A DNA stretch of 17,374 nt from NCBI GenBank assembly GCA_002729175.1, contig PBTS01000039.1, positions 2,224-19,597 of the forward strand, written 5' to 3'. The stretch's first letter is position 1, and each line of letters opens with the position of its first letter. Below the pieces are notes generated by a model. The model ran no database searches, was not told the DNA's origin, and saw nothing but the letters and a program-made list of their open reading frames with translations. Source of the stretch: Fidelibacterota bacterium (lineage in GTDB: Bacteria > Fidelibacterota > Marinisomatia > Marinisomatales > S15-B10). The position numbers were made by a program, and so were the translations under genes. Shown piece by piece: positions 15,933 through 17,374 of this stretch.

Positions 15933-16898
15933 ATGGAATATACTATTTTAGGTAGAACCAATGAAAAAGTTTCACGAATTAGCCTGGGCACATGGTCTTA
16001 TGGCGGGGTGACCACAGCCGGAAAAAGCCAGCCCGTCGGTTGGGCTGGGCAAGATGATATTGATAGTCGCGCCGCACTACAAAAAGCCTATGAAGTTGGC
16101 ATCAATCATTGGGATACTGCAGACGTTTATGGCGATGGAAAATCCGAACAAATTATTGGCACTATGTGGGATGAAATTCCCAGAAATGATATTTTTATTG
16201 CTACAAAAGTGGGTTGGGATATGGGTCCCCACAACCATTGGTATCACCCGGAATATATGCGGGTTAACACGGAACGATCTTTAAAAAATTTAAATACGGA
16301 TTGCGTTGACCTTATGTATCTTCATCATTGCAACTTTGGGAAACAGGAACAGTATTTTGATGATGCAGTAGAAACAATACGCCGATTCCAAGCAGAAGGA
16401 AAAGCGCGATTTATAGGACTGTCTGATTGGTCTTCAGATAAGGTTATGAATTTTATTGAGCGCGCTGATCCGGATGTGATCCAACCCTATCGAAATGTAA
16501 TGGACGATACCTACGAGTCTACGGGGTTAAAGAATTATGTTGAAGAAAACAACTTGGGTATTTGTTTTTTCTCTCCAATAAAACATGGGTTACTTACAGG
16601 AAAATATACCACACCGACCACGTTTGAATCTGGAGACTTTCGTACGACCATTAAAGACTTCGCCAAACAGAGTTTGATCGATAAAATACAAGCCAATAAA
16701 GTAAAACTGGAGGAACGATTTTCGGATCACCTTCAGCCGGTGTTGCATGGGCTGGTCGATGCCCTTTTAACCGATGCGCCCAAAGGGTGTGTGTTGTTGG
16801 GTCAGCGGAATGTGGAACAGGTTGAAGCAGCAGCCCAACTGGGCGAGGCCCTATCTAATGAAGCGGCCGGTTGGGTGAAGGAATTGTATAAAGCCTAA
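15933..16898 (+). CDS. Aldo/keto reductase
   Basis: VSRISLGTW, GINHWDTADVYGDGKSE, IATKVG, SLKNLNTDCVDLMYLH, GKARFIGLS and SPIKHGLLTGKY; AAGGA RBS upstream. Confidence 0.95.
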   Translation: MEYTILGRTNEKVSRISLGTWSYGGVTTAGKSQPVGWAGQDDIDSRAALQKAYEVGINHWDTADVYGDGKSEQIIGTMWDEIPRNDIFIATKVGWDMGPHNHWYHPEYMRVNTERSLKNLNTDCVDLMYLHHCNFGKQEQYFDDAVETIRRFQAEGKARFIGLSDWSSDKVMNFIERADPDVIQPYRNVMDDTYESTGLKNYVEENNLGICFFSPIKHGLLTGKYTTPTTFESGDFRTTIKDFAKQSLIDKIQANKVKLEERFSDHLQPVLHGLVDALLTDAPKGCVLLGQRNVEQVEAAAQLGEALSNEAAGWVKELYKA

Positions 16899-16926
16899 AA
16901 AGAGATTGCAATATTTGACCATCGAT

Positions 16927-17130
16927 TCAATTGCAATCGGAACAAGCCAACCCCTCATTCGTCATTTTCCAAAGATGCTCTACCATGCGACGACCATGGG
17001 TGTTGATAACATTGTCAAAATCATACAGCATATATTTTAATGATTCATCCAAATAAACAGATTTTCCATTGGGGACCAAAAGCGTGAGATTAACCCCTTG
17101 GAAGGCATATCCATTATTATTATTTATAGA
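16927..17130 (-). pseudogene. Possible gene remnant or small ORF (67 stop-free codons, no clear start)
   Basis: Translates as SINNNNGYAFQGVNLTLLVPNGKSVYLDESLKYMLYDFDNVINTHGRRMVEHLWKMTNEGLACSDCN*. It is in frame directly after the dipeptidase stop; no family recognised. Confidence 0.3.
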
Positions 17131-17374
17131 TTAATTTTTACTTGCGGTCTCTTCCACCGCCGACCAAACACGCCAAACGTTTTTATAACAAATCTTTTCA
17201 ATATCTTCTTCTGAATAACCGCGCTTTAATAAATGAAAAATAAGGTTGGGGTAAGAAGCCACATCTTTTAAACCGTAAGGAAGGGAATCACCCACACCAT
17301 CATAATCAGAACCGATGCCTACATGGTCTATACCCACCAACGCCACAACACGGTCGAAATGGTTTATCACATCG
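17131..17374 (-). CDS. Membrane dipeptidase (peptidase M19), 3' part; the gene begins beyond the window
   Basis: VGIDHVGIGSDYDG, GLKDVASYPNL and RGYSEEDIEKI...NVWRV. The frame is open to the window edge. Confidence 0.92.
   Translation of the reverse strand, partial: DVINHFDRVVALVGIDHVGIGSDYDGVGDSLPYGLKDVASYPNLIFHLLKRGYSEEDIEKICYKNVWRVWSAVEETASKN

Noticed and set aside
15884..15991. ORF-track N-terminal extension of the Smr gene
   Set aside because: It overlaps the start of the divergent AKR gene; the Smr domain begins right after the ATG at 15883.
1474..16284. Short alternative-frame and antisense ORFs in the track (e.g. 1474-1716, 2154-2369, 2785-3012, 3447-3696, 6326-6634, 7204-8039, 8343-9877 plus strand, 11004-11282, 13387-13677, 16054-16284)
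   Set aside because: They lie wholly or largely within well-supported genes or a terminator, and show no recognisable motifs; treated as shadow ORFs.
1..17374. tRNA, rRNA, CRISPR array, IS element or prophage
   Set aside because: I saw no such sequences, terminal repeats, transposase or integrase motifs. By eye the motor operon does not differ obviously in composition from its flanks.

Overview
AT-rich bacterial window; the signal peptides, a lipoprotein and a predicted outer-membrane beta-barrel suggest a diderm. Left to right: the 5' end of a Wolinella/Campylobacter-type frdC overlapping a truncated sdhC, a DUF2231 membrane protein, a glutamate-cysteine ligase family gene and a Nudix hydrolase (all minus strand), then ppdK and asnB (plus strand). 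A tightly coupled seven-gene minus-strand operon follows (7408-14800), and the window ends with a TPR lipoprotein, a stand-alone Smr protein, an aldo/keto reductase and the 3' end of an M19 dipeptidase. Three things stand out. (1) The operon encodes a stripped-down rotary-motor core: a PomA/PomB-like stator, a FliF-like protein that keeps only the RBM3 ring and the FliG-binding tail, and a divergent FliG. It is fused to three non-flagellar envelope genes and has no export, rod, hook, FliM/N or chemotaxis genes in the window, so it is a candidate non-flagellar rotary machine. (2) An unannotated 22-aa leader peptide with 10 Asn codons, alternative RNA pairings and an intrinsic terminator sits directly upstream of asnB, the layout of an asparagine-sensing ribosome-mediated attenuator. 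(3) sdhC is cut at about 94 aa and translationally coupled to a different-family frdC. All family calls come from motif recognition by eye; no searches were run.
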